Positions 17,147-30,390 of a DNA stretch of 64,000 nt are shown here, in pieces. The notes beneath the pieces were generated by a model. That model saw nothing but the letters and a program-made list of their open reading frames with translations, made no database searches and had not been told where the DNA came from. The translations under genes and the position numbers were made by a program. The stretch is from the human T2T-CHM13v2.0 reference genome, Homo sapiens. Each line of letters starts with the position of its first letter. The first letter of the stretch is position 1. Where the stretch lies: the NCBI RefSeq assembly GCF_009914755.1, contig NC_060925.1. One strand, written 5' to 3'.

Positions 17147-18161
17147 AAGATAAGACTTTAAGCAAAAAAACCTACATCGCACATTTATTATGACTATCAA
17201 ATAAGGTAGCATATATGAAAGTCCTTTTCAAACTGTTAAAATGCTAGTTATTCCAATATAAGGGATTACTTAAAACAGTGTCTGGCATAAAATAAGCACC
17301 CTAAAAGTGTCTGTTAAATTGAAAAATAAATAAAAATAATTTTTAAATTCAGCTTTTGTTTGTTGCCATACATTGCTTAAATCTTGTGCTTTAAGAGCAG
17401 GTTGATGGTAAATTGGGAACAAGCATTTAGATGCCTCAGTGATTTTTTTTTGTGTGTGTGCAAATTTGTGCCTAGAGTTCCTCATTAGCTCTTCCATTTT
17501 CAATGAGACCACACAGAATGGTGGCTTGAGCACCATCTTATAGGAGCTGGTTTTGGAGAGGAGTTAGACTAGGGAGTGTCTACCATCTTAGGCCATAATT
17601 GCTCACTCCAGCCTCCTAGTTTCAACCATTTACCAGCCCTCCCCAACAATAAAAAAGTACAAACAGAGAAATAAGATCAGCTTGGGACATTGCCCTCTGG
17701 AAGACATCCATGCATTTCTATAGCCTTTTTGTAGGCCTTCTTTGGCAGTCACAAAAGCTTTTACTTGCACATTTGGAGAATGCGTGGTGGCCTTAGCTCC
17801 TTGTTGGTTCCAGCTGAGAAAGAACTCCTGAGTTGGAAACTGAGGTCAGTGTAGTTCAAAGGCAAGCTCCTGGTAGCCTTGCCCTCTTTAGATTCCTGGC
17901 CACTCACCCATCGACCCAGGTGAACTTCACTCAGAGAATTTGAAAATGCCCTAAGGAAATAGTTGTTGCTAAATCATTCTGTGTAGAGAATCAGGAGAAG
18001 TGAATGTCTAAACTTGCCATCATGGTTCATGAACTTCCTTATTTTTTAAAAATGCTACTAATTTTTGAGCACTTATCTGTGCTAGACCCCATAAATGAGC
18101 ATATAACATGTTTTTATCTGTTTAATTCTCAACTTATCTCCCTAAGGGAGGTTCCATCTTT

Positions 18162-18783
18162 TTGTTACCTGAAAGGGGTCCTGATCCAGACCCTGAGAGA
18201 GGGTTCTTGGATTGCATGCAAGAAAGAATTCGGGGCAAGTTCATAAAGTGAAAGCAGGTTTATTAAGGAAGTAAAGGAATACAAGAATGCCTACTCCATA
18301 GCTCCCTTGGGGCAGCTGGTTGGCTATTTTTATGGTTATTTCTTGATTATATGCTAAACAAAAGGCAGATTCTTCATGAGTTTTCTGGGAAAGGGGCAAG
18401 GATTTTCTGGAACCGAGAGTTCCTCTTCCTTTTAGACCATATGGGGTAACTTCCAGATGTTGCCATGGCATTTGTAAATGGTCATGGTGCTGGTGGGGGT
18501 GTCTTTTAGCATGCTAATGTATTATCATTAGTATATAATGAGCAGTGAGGATAACAGAGGTTACTTTCATCACCATCTTGGTTTTGGCAGGTTTGGGCCT
18601 GCTTCTTTACCGCATCCTGTTTTATCAACGAAGCCTTTGTGACCTGTATCTTGTGCCAACCTCCTATTTTATCCTGTGACTAAGAATGTCTAATCTCATG
18701 GGAATACATCCCAGCAGGTCTCAGCCTCATTTCACCCAGACCCTATTCAAGATGGAGTCGCTCTGGTTTGAATGCCTCTGACA
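18162..18783 (-). mobile_element. MER41 (MER41B-like) solo LTR, full length
   Basis: Reverse complement begins TGTCAGAGGCATTCAAACCAGAGCGACTCCATCTTG and ends GACCCCTTTCAGGTAACA. It includes the GAS-bearing segment. Confidence 0.9.
18383..18391. promoter_or_regulatory. GAS/STAT motif TTCTGGGAA within MER41
   Basis: Exact TTCN3GAA match. The neighbouring site at 18404-18412 is degenerate (TTTCTGGAA). Confidence 0.5.
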
Positions 18784-21700
18784 ATTTCCCTGTTATAGAG
18801 AGGCTTAAATAACACAGAAGGTCTCATTGCTAGTGAATGGAAAAATTGGGTTTTAAACCTCAGGGTTTTTTTATTCTAGTGTCTAAGCTCTTCCCGTCTA
18901 GTATACCTGTTTATTTTGAGATTCCATGATGTCCACACCTACTTTTTAACAGCTTAAACACCCCACTTTTACCAGCATTTTTTTGAATTATGTCTAATAT
19001 CACATACATTTACATTTATATTATACAATATCATAATTTATCAAGGTTAGGGATTGAATTCTATTTTCCTCTGCATTTCTAGCAGTGAGAACCATAGAGG
19101 GAAATGCCACACAATGGTAGATGGGTGGATGGTTGGAGGAATGAGAAATATACAAGAGGGTCTCTAGTCTCAAGGACTTTACAATCTAGCAGGAGAGACA
19201 AAGCATAAGTATATGGAAAACTAAAAATTTTAATAAGAAAGTCCCTAATACAACCATGATTATTTATCAATAATCATGGGGACTGATAAACTTATTGTTA
19301 TCTTCTAAGCGTAGAGAGAGAGATACCTTTTGGCTGGTTCACACCAGCGTATGTGCTTAGTGGTCGCTCTTTGAATTTTTAGTTCTGATTTCCTATTTCA
19401 TTCTTTCTCTGTGATGAGGAACACAGTGGCCTCAGTTCTACCCAGAGTCCACACCCCACACCCTTAGCAGGGAAGATGCTGAGTAAGCGTGGGTTTATGA
19501 AGATTGATGACCACTCTCAGATTACTCTCAGTTGGTGTGGGGCCCTGAGCTTCCTCAATTTTCATTTAATTAGCTTCCCCCTTTCTTCAGCTTTGCCCAG
19601 GGAAAGATAGCTCTTGTTGTCTCTAAGAAATGTTTTGCCATTCCCCACCCTTTTGGAAGCCACCCTGTGGAATGCGGAGACCTTGGTTAGAAAGGAAGTA
19701 GTTCTTCCTCCGTCTCGGTCTGAGTCCCCTGTACCCTCCCACTTCCTTCTCCCCAAGCTCAATTCAAGGTCACCTCTAGTTGTCTTGGCTTTATCCTACC
19801 TGGGACAGTCCTCAGGCTCCCAGATGTCATAAATAATACTTATATCACCTCTTTTATTGTATAAGCACAACTGAACTTCTTCCTCAGTCTCCACCCTCCT
19901 TGAACTATCTCTGATTCTCTGATCTTTCAGTTCCCACAGCTGGGAACAGTCCAGGAAGTACTTCTGAACATGGCCGGATCAATTTGCTTTTACCTCTCCA
20001 GGTAGGGAGCAAGTAGGAAGGAATAACCAAGTTGCCTCTGTTTCCAAAACTTTCTAGAAAATTGGCAAGTTGCTAGATCTAATAAATAAAAGTTGCCTCA
20101 CTGTGATAATGCCCTCTTCCTGGGATGACTATCCCAACTGCTCCTTACATTCAACTCCCCAACACTTACCATCTTGCTTTCCCTCTGTCTTGTTCTTAAA
20201 AGAATGTATCTGTGATATGAAATTCTGTTGATTCCGGATTCAGCCCCAGGTGTAACTGTGAAGCAAGTGGAGTTTTCTTGGCAGCTTCTTGCCTGTTCTG
20301 AAGTCCCCCATTCCACACACTCAGTGACCCAGGCACCACACCACAGTCACCACCTACTCTGTGTAAGCCTTCCCAGTCTGTTAGTAGGAAAACAGACTTT
20401 CAGAAGCTGGGGATTTCCCCAGGACTATAGTCTACTTTCCTTCTAACTAACAATACTTTTTTTCACGTTGTGGGAGAGAGAAGGGGAGAAAGGGAGGCTG
20501 GAGAGAAGGGGATAAGAGTGGGTTTCATCACCTTGCAGGTGAATCCAAGTAGTGTAATTCACAGAAATGTTATTCTGTGTGTTGAAGATTCCTTTTCGAA
20601 CATTCTCTCTCTTCTGGGTTCCTGAAAGCAGTCAGAGGAGGGATCCCTCACTAAGCTGAAGCTCTTCTCCTCCCTCTTTCTGGATGTTAGAGGTAGAGCT
20701 GGGTCAACCCTTGCCTGGCACAGGTGGCTGGACACTGGTTGGAAGGGAGGAATGACGAAGCTCTGTGTGTATCCCAAAGGTCCCTTCTCTTTAGTCTCCT
20801 TTTCAGCTTCGGTACTTCCAAAGCACTACCTCTACTCCACCCCATCCCATGCCCCTCCTCAGCCCTTAGGGCTAGCTCTGGTGATGCTTTCAAGCACTTC
20901 CAGCTGGCTGAAAGGGCGTGAATAATCCACCTTTTGTTTAGCATATGATCAAGAGCAATACTCCCAGTATTGCTAAGAAGCCATTTTCTGCCTCTTAGGT
21001 GTTCTCCCCACAGGGTATTTCAAGGTCTGTGTTCTCACACTGGGCCACGTGACAGTCAATCCAATTCCATTCTATTAAACTCAGGAAAGCCCTCACTGGG
21101 CACATCTAATGATGAGTGATGTAAGGCAAGCTCAAACTTCTCAGAGCTTTGGTTTCCTCACTGGTAAACTGCAGAGTAAATCAGAGGCACTCAGATTCCT
21201 GTGTGTAGGAGAATTGTTTGAGAGCTGTTGAAAAGCAGATTTTAGGCCTTGATCCCAGGATTCTGTTGCCATAGTTCTGCCGCAGGTCCTAGGACTGCAT
21301 TTTAAACAGACTTCTAAATCATTTTACCATAAATCTGGAGAACCCCTTCTGAAGAATGCATCTGGGGATCAATGTACACCCATTGACATACACTCAATGT
21401 ATGGTCCAGGGACAGAAGTGCAGTCTCATGGAGTGTGGTTGCTGTTAGATTTTCCCAAAGAGTCCCCCTTTCTCTGCTCCAGCTCCACATTTCCAAGCTC
21501 TCATCCTGCAAGAAATCTTCTCTAAGCATGGCCCCCAGCATCCCACCCTGCATAGCCCACCACACACAAGCTGGCTTTTGTGCTCAGTGCTTTCTGTTTC
21601 CTTTGCACTGGTTTGAATGGCTCATATTTGTCCACTGCTTTGAGAGGCTTTGGATGGTTCAGCCTGTATATTTATCATGTCTCTCTAACTGGCAGCAAGG

Positions 21701-22122
21701 TCCTCAGGGACATCTTTTTCTTCTCTTTTGTTCCTTCCCACTGTGCTCAGAACAATGCTCAAGAAAGATATTCTCTATTTGTTTGTCTGCTGACCAACTG
21801 ACACTCTACTTCTACCTAGCGGGCCATTTTCCTGATGGCAGGCAAAGCAGTAGACTTTTCTGGGCAGGAGGAAGGAAAGCAAGGAGGAAGCAGAGAACCA
21901 GTGCTGCATAGCCTTCCAAATCCCTCCAAACTGCATCATTTCATTCGGTAGTTACCAGGCATATGGCTGCTTGTCTGGTGGACTCTCCCTGTAATATCAT
22001 CACCAAGTTTACTGACTGGCCAATCAAAGGGAGTTCCTGCCTTACTTTCCTAGAGGGAGGAGTAGGATGGGCTGATTACCTCATTCTCCTTTGAAGAGGT
22101 TGCTGTCTACCTTGGTGTTTTT

Positions 22123-22352
22123 AGACCTTGGGCTTTACAGTCAAGCAGATATAAATTCTGATTGTGACTCTATTTGTTGCCAGCTGCCTTACATTGCATA
22201 AATTTCTTAATCTCAGCAAGCCTCAGTTTTCTCAGCTGGGAAATGGGGATAAGAATACAGTATCTATCACATAGTTTTGTTGGGGAAGGTTAAATAAAAT
22301 AATGCAATTGAAACACTTGCACAGTGGCTTGCACAAAGTGGGCACTCAAAAA
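22123..22352 (+). mobile_element. MIR
   Basis: GCCTCAGTTTTCTCAGCTGGGAAATGGGGATAA core, ending GGCACTCAAAAATGT. Confidence 0.8.
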
Positions 22353-23475
22353 TGTCAGCCACTGAAGGAGCTATAAAAGGGCTTTCTGCTTTTGTGAAAG
22401 TCCAAGGTACTCCTGGCTGTTGTCTTCTTTATTACCCTGCTAACTTCTCCTTGATTGTTTTATTTTTCCCTCCATCTCTTGGAGGGCATCATCAGAACAG
22501 CAAGAGAGAGTGTGAGAGAAGTCCCTCATCCCTCCAGGAAGGGGCCCCACTCCAGGAGAAGCCCATTTTCTTTTCTTACAAACTGAGCCTGCAAGCTCCA
22601 GGAAACAGGCCATCTTCCCTTCCCTTCCTCTGGTCAGCTTGTCCCGTGGAAGCCTCCCTGGCTCAGGGCCACCCCCAAGGTACCCTATCTTTTGCTGTGC
22701 CGAGCCAATCTAAAACTGGCGATCTCAGCTTTAATTGAAAATCCCCAATCAGGACAGCACAAAGAGATTCTCTTTTTAATGTAAACCTCCAAAAGCAAAT
22801 ACTTGAGCGGATATGCTGTCCTCTTATCTTCTTGCTTTTCTTTCCTGTCTGAAGCAAACTCCTCTTGTGAGACCTTGGGGTCCCAGTAAAGAGGACTCTG
22901 CAATTGTACATTACGCATTTGTGCAAAGGGACTCCTTAGTGGGTTGGTAAGTGCCCTTAAAACAGATTTTATAAATATTTCAGGCAAGATTTTCTATTAG
23001 ATTCCATATTTTAGAAACTTCTGCTGCTATCTCGGTAGCCAGTTTTTCAAGGATACTTCCTTTTAGTTGAAATCAGTCTCAGAGAAGTGTTTCGGTCTCC
23101 AAAGCATCTTCTAAACTGTGTGGTTGACCTGGGAGCCCACATTAAATTATTCTATGTTATAATGATTGAAAAGATCTAGGGAACAACATAGCACTGGGGA
23201 AATTGTGTTTTCTTCTAGTATTTGGCTAGTGGAGATGTTAATCTGGGAGGTGGCTGGGTCCTGAAAGCATGCACGGGAAGGAATCGTTCCTCCATCAGGA
23301 AGTAAGCTAATCAGGACTCCAGTCTTAATGGAAATGAATCTTCCGCAAGCAGGAGGCAGTGACCTTCTGGCTGGAGAGCTTTCCCAAAGGGGCAGGAAGG
23401 CTCAAGGACAAGCGACGCAGAAGAGGCCTGGGCATTTGCAGAAGACCTGCTTGCACTTTCTCTGAGGCCCTAGCG

Positions 23476-24473
<998 letters not shown>

Positions 24474-24648
24474 ACTAGTTCCTGGGCCAGTCCTGGAACA
24501 CACCAGAGTCTCTGCCCTAAAGGGCTTAATGAGGACAGCAGGATATGGTACCAAAGACAAACAAGAAAAAAACCCCAAATCTGGCATTCAAGCATAGACT
24601 ATATCTGCTGTCTCTCTCTGGTCTCTAGCCTCCCTTCCCTCTTGCCTT

Positions 24649-24692
24649 CCTTCAATCTATTCTCAGCAGCCTTCAATCTATTCTCAGCAGCC
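24649..24692. repeat. Perfect 21-bp tandem duplication
   Basis: CCTTCAATCTATTCTCAGCAG x2 plus CC. Confidence 0.95.
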
Positions 24693-27649
24693 AAAGAAGC
24701 TAAGAGTGCCACCTGGCTGCCCTCTTCCCTCCTTCTCTCCTCTTGAACCCCCAGCCTCCTTTCTGACTGACTCATATTCATCCTTCAGATCTCAGCTTAG
24801 ACTCACAATATTTGAGAAGCTTTCGTTGACCATGCCATCCCATGCTGAGCTATGGCTCACCCTGTGTGCCCAGTATCCCAATGGTCCATTTCTTGTCTGC
24901 CCACCCTCTCCAATTTGGACTACAAGCTCCTTCAAGGTGGGAAATTTGTTTTGTTAAGGATGTATTCCTAGCACCCAACACCCAACATTCAGTGATTGAC
25001 AAGGCACAGAACAGCTGTAATAGAATCTCTCGTTCAGAAAAAGGAAGAGGGATCGGGAAAGGGAAACAACACTGAGTGGTCACTGAGCCACAGCAGGAAT
25101 GGAGACCACCCTGCCTGCCTGAGGAAGGGACCCATTAGTGTCTGGCAGCCCAGGTCCTGCTTTTTGGAGAATCGCTGTTGTTCATTGCCTTTCAAAGCCA
25201 AATCAGAGGAGGACATTGGGAAGAATACCTTTTTCGATGGCTACGGAAATTTAGTAGCCCACTTCCTATTGGTGTAAGTTTAGGGCCTGGGTATTGCCTT
25301 ATGTGTTAAACAGTCAATAATATATTTATCTTAAAAACTAGGTTAGCTTTCTAATCTATTTGTGCCCAGTCAATTCCATGGGGGCAAAGATCTTGTCTAG
25401 ACACAGTCCTTGAGTCACAATTCCTGCCCCCGATCTGGCCTCTGGGTTCCATCCCTCACCCTGGCCCTCGGTTCAATGGCTTCTGCCTTGAGGCAATTTG
25501 AAACAATAGCTCAGTGGGGCGATAGCACCCATAATCTGATTTTTCCCAGCCAGCATCTTCACAATAAGCATGAGTGTCTCCTTTGTCTAACTGAGAATGC
25601 TTAACAGGAGGTGCTAGGAAAGGCTGGGATCGGGATTATAGTTTGCCTCAAACTTATCTCCTGCTCAATCTCCTGCCTCTGCCTCTGCTCCCACTGACTT
25701 TAAGAGAAGAGAATTCTGCTTTTTCAACTCTGAAAGGCTTCAAGCTATTGGACTCTTAGTCAATTAATTTAGATCTCAGAGTACAGACAGACAGACAGAA
25801 AGCACATTCCTTAGCAAAGCTGTCCTTTTTTCCTCTCTCTATTTTCAGAGGTCACCTTTAGTCTGAGCTTATCTCATACATGTATAACCTTACTGAAGGC
25901 TGCAAGAAATAAGAGATGCCAATATTCTGAATTTCCCCCAGCCTTTTCTCCTAAAACTACAGTTCCTGTAAGCCCATGGCTGATATCCTGGGGTTCAGCA
26001 GGTGACAATTTAACTATATGTTAAATATGACACCACATGACAAGAGTCACCAACTTTCCCACTATGATGCTGGGGTCCTCTCTGCTCCCCACCTTAACCT
26101 TTTCCATTCAGCCTAACTGTAGGGTCTGTTTCTTGCAACACCCAGTCCCGGTGCAAATTCTATATCATCTGGATGATTTTGGATTAGGGCAACACATAGC
26201 CATATGAAGGAAGATAGATTGCCTGAACAATACTAATTTGGTTTTGTTAGAAAGGAGGAAGAATAAAGGGAATGAATGCTGGACAGGCAGCCAGTAATAT
26301 TCTGCAACATGTTATTCAACATTCATATGTTCAACAAGCATTTGTTGAACATCTACTGCATTTCAGGTATGAGGGATGGCAGGAAAACCAGGTAGGTTCT
26401 GCCTCCTAAGAAGCTCACAGAGAGATGGCAGCACAGACAGTGGTGCCCAGTGTGAGAGCGGCACAGTAGAGGCACAGAGATTGTTGGGGAATTGCAGAAT
26501 CAGGGCAGCAAACCTGAAATGGAAGGTCTCGGAAGAGTTGAATCCTCTCCCTCACGGAATGTACGTTCCGTGAAGCCCAGGTTCTGTCTGATTCATTCAC
26601 TGCTATATTCCTAATGTCTGCAACACTGCCTGCCACATAGTAGGCACTCAATAAATACGCGTTGAACAGATGAGAGTGAGACTTGAGATGAACCTTGAAA
26701 GATGAGTAAGAATTATTACAGTGAAAAAGGTCAGTGGTGTGGGCACATGTCCTACAGTGGCACAGTGTTCAATGATGCCTTAGAAATGTCTTGGGAGTAG
26801 GAGAAAATAGCTATTATTCCTTCATGGTGCCAGAATTGAAATAAGACTTTAAAATGCCAGATGCGAGTAGGTACAATACCTGTGAAGAAGTCACTGGAGG
26901 AGTGGTGGAGAGGTGGAGGGCAACCCCACTGAGGGCCAGGCACAAAACTGGACACTGGGACAGTAAGAAGTAGAGTCAGGTGGGCTGACTGTGTGTCACT
27001 GAAAGGGTGTCAGGAGATAGAAGTGAGAAAGTGGCCCCTCTGCTGGGAGCAGTGAAGAGCCCATTGGGAAAAAAAGAGTTTTTAAAGAGTTTTTATCTTC
27101 CCTTTTCTTGATGCTCTCAGTGTGATCAGCATTCTATTCCAGGACTTATAGGATCACAGGTCCAGCTTTCAATAGGCTAGACTTCCCTCTTGGGGAGTTT
27201 GCCTTCACTCAGGATAGGTTGTTGCTGTCAGGTTATTGATTGTAGTTTTCTCATTCTGCCCTATAGGTCTATCTAGGAAAGATATTCGTATTATTTCTAC
27301 CCAATTACAATTGGTTTTGAGGCAAAAAATACACAAACAGATAACTCTTGTTAAAACAGCTAGGGACATTCATCAAAGGATTGAGTAGAAAACCCAAAGA
27401 ATATGTATTAAGTAAAGCATACAACCTCTTAAATTGCTGTCAATAACTTTATAATTTATTGTAATCCTTACTTTAGCCTTAAAGTTGAATAAGTTGGTAT
27501 CTCATGTCATCATGAACCTTTAACTTGGACTCCTCCAGAGCTTTAGATCATATTAAAATCTAAATTTCCTCTAGCAAACTGCCTTCAATTTTTCTGCCAC
27601 TCAGAATCAGTCATCTTGCAACAACCTATAGTTGTTGACTGTCACTTTA

Positions 27650-28096
<447 letters not shown>

Positions 28097-28221
28097 TTAT
28101 TTAAAACTTCTAAAATACTCCTTTTTCCAATTGAGTACACCTCTTAATTCCATATTTTCATGCTTTTCTGATCATCATCAATGGCTACCATTATTCTTCA
28201 ATTAATCAGTTGAAGGATAGA

Positions 28222-28740
28222 GAGGGAAAAACCAAAGTGTTTTTTCCTATTCTCTCTCACCTCTCAATGCAACACAGCACCTCTAGTCACCAAAATTTCT
28301 CCCCATCCATCAAGCAGGCATTTCTCCAGTGGACACCAGCTGAGCATGCTCTAATTGAGTTCAAGTGACTCTGTCTACCTGGAGATAGTGTTAGATCCCA
28401 CAGGTGGAGGGCTCGGTCCCACAAGACTGCCCCCACTTCAGATGCCAGTCGCAAGTAGACAAGAGGCTGTCACCTATACTTCTGACCCACTGGCTATAAA
28501 CTGGGGGATCCCTGCGCCCCCTCCTCAGGTTTAATTAATTTGCTAAAGCACCTCACAGAACTCAAGGAAACATATTTATCCATTTATTATAAAAGATACT
28601 ACAAAGGATGCAGATGAACAGTTAGGTGAGAGAGATGCACAGGGCAGCATATGTGGGTGGAGGCACAGAACTCTCATGCCCTCTCTGGGCATGCCACCCT
28701 CCAGGAACCTCCGTGTGTTCAACTGTCTGTAAGCTATATA
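28222..28740 (-). mobile_element. MER21-like LTR, partial
   Basis: GGACACCAGCTG..CTACCTGGAGATAG..GATCCCACAGG..CCCACAAGACTGCCCCCACTTCAGATGCCA motif series. Confidence 0.75.
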
Positions 28741-29269
28741 ATGAAGAGTGTCAGTGGGAGCGAGGTGGAAGGCAAGTGAGGAAGAGGAAGATGGGAAGCA
28801 AATCAGTGTCGTGCATTACTGCACTGGTCCCTGCTTCAGAACAAGTTGCTAATAAAGGTGCAGCTCAACAGATGTACCCACTCAGCTTCAAGAACTCCTT
28901 CAGAAAGTTTGTAAGGAACAACCGTGCTTTGGAGTGGGTTACTGAAGAGAGGACCAGAGAGGAACTGTATCTTCTGTCTCCTGTCTTCCTTGGTTAGCCC
29001 CACAGAGATGAACTTCCATGTACTTCAGATTGCATCATTTGGCTCCTTCTCCAGCTACTTGAGAAGTCAAACACCCCAATTTGTGGTGTGAAGCCTTACC
29101 AGAGTTCAGAAGTGGTGGGAGGAGCCTTGGATTCTGGGTGTAATCCTAAGTCTTCAGAGGAACTCTGTAGGCCCACACTTTGGTCCTGTTGCCAGATGAA
29201 GTATAGAATAAGAGCTAAAGGGCCAGGATACAGATGGGGCCAAGAGAATCTGGGACAAACATAAGAAAT

Positions 29270-30390
29270 TAGTGTGTTTCCTCTTCTTCCCTGCCACCCA
29301 TTTTTCTCCTCTATTACCTGATATTAGCCAACAATATTATCATTTTTAGTATTTATCTTTGTATTATTTTTGATTTCCAGCTATTGTAGAAACATTGTAA
29401 TGATGATCTTAGCTTGCCTTTTTAAATCAATAAAATTAGTTTTCTTTCCACCTTCTTTCTTTCCTCCTCTTCCAATTTTATTAGTTGGGGCATTTCTACA
29501 TTGCCAGACTAACAACATTTGCATTCTAGTTTTTCATTGTACAGACCATCCCCAACTTACAATAGTTCAACTTTATGATGGGTTTATAGAAATATTAAAT
29601 GCATTTTTGACTTATAATACTTTCGACTTATGTTGTGTTTATCAGGATGTAACTCCATCGTACATTGAGGAGTATCTGTAATTCTCACCTTCGATTTTTG
29701 TCTCAATTATATTGGTAAACGTATTTAATGCTCACAGCATGTCATTTTATTGTGGTTTCCGCTGTTATCACTTGCCTGGCCAAAGTTCATTTTTAGTGGT
29801 TTCCTCAAGAGGACTCATTGAAATAACACTTCTTAAGTTCTTGCATCCTCAAAACTACTTTTTCTGTAACTAATCATATGTACTTAAAATGGTTATGAAA
29901 TTTTGAGTCACACTTTCTTTTCCTGAATGTTATATAACTATTGTTTCATTATCCTCTGGGATTGAATGTTACTGTAGAGACATACAAAGTTATCTTTGCT
30001 TTTATACCACTTAAACATGACTTGGTCATTTTGTTTTGCTCACTAAAGTAGTCTCAATCTTTGAATTCTGAAATGTTACTAGAATGACTCAGTGTTGACT
30101 GCCCTTGATCAGATTTCTCTGGCAACCATTTGTGCCTGTATATATATATATATTCAAGTTTTTCTTTGCTTCAGAAAATATTTTGCCCCATTACATCTTT
30201 CAATATGTGTTCTGTCCCTTGTTCTTGGTTTTCTTTTTGGGGAACTGCAATTATGTGAATACTGTATTTCTTTTGTATTTCTTATGTATGTACCCTTCTT
30301 TTCTTTATTTGTTTTTACTTTTTGTTTCCATTTCATTTTGTTCATTTCTCTTATTAATATCCCCTTTGTCTTGTATTATGTTTTCCCCAG
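29270..30390 (-). mobile_element. Very old L1M fragment, apparently resuming at ~44608-45500
   Basis: T-rich degraded antisense-L1 text flanking the younger L1 nest. Confidence 0.45.
29542..29678. mobile_element. Tigger-family MITE (MER47-like), 137 bp
   Basis: Imperfect TIRs CAGACCATCCCCAACTTACAAT / rc CAGATACTCCTCAATGTACGAT, with TA on both sides (29540-41, 29679-80). Confidence 0.8.
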
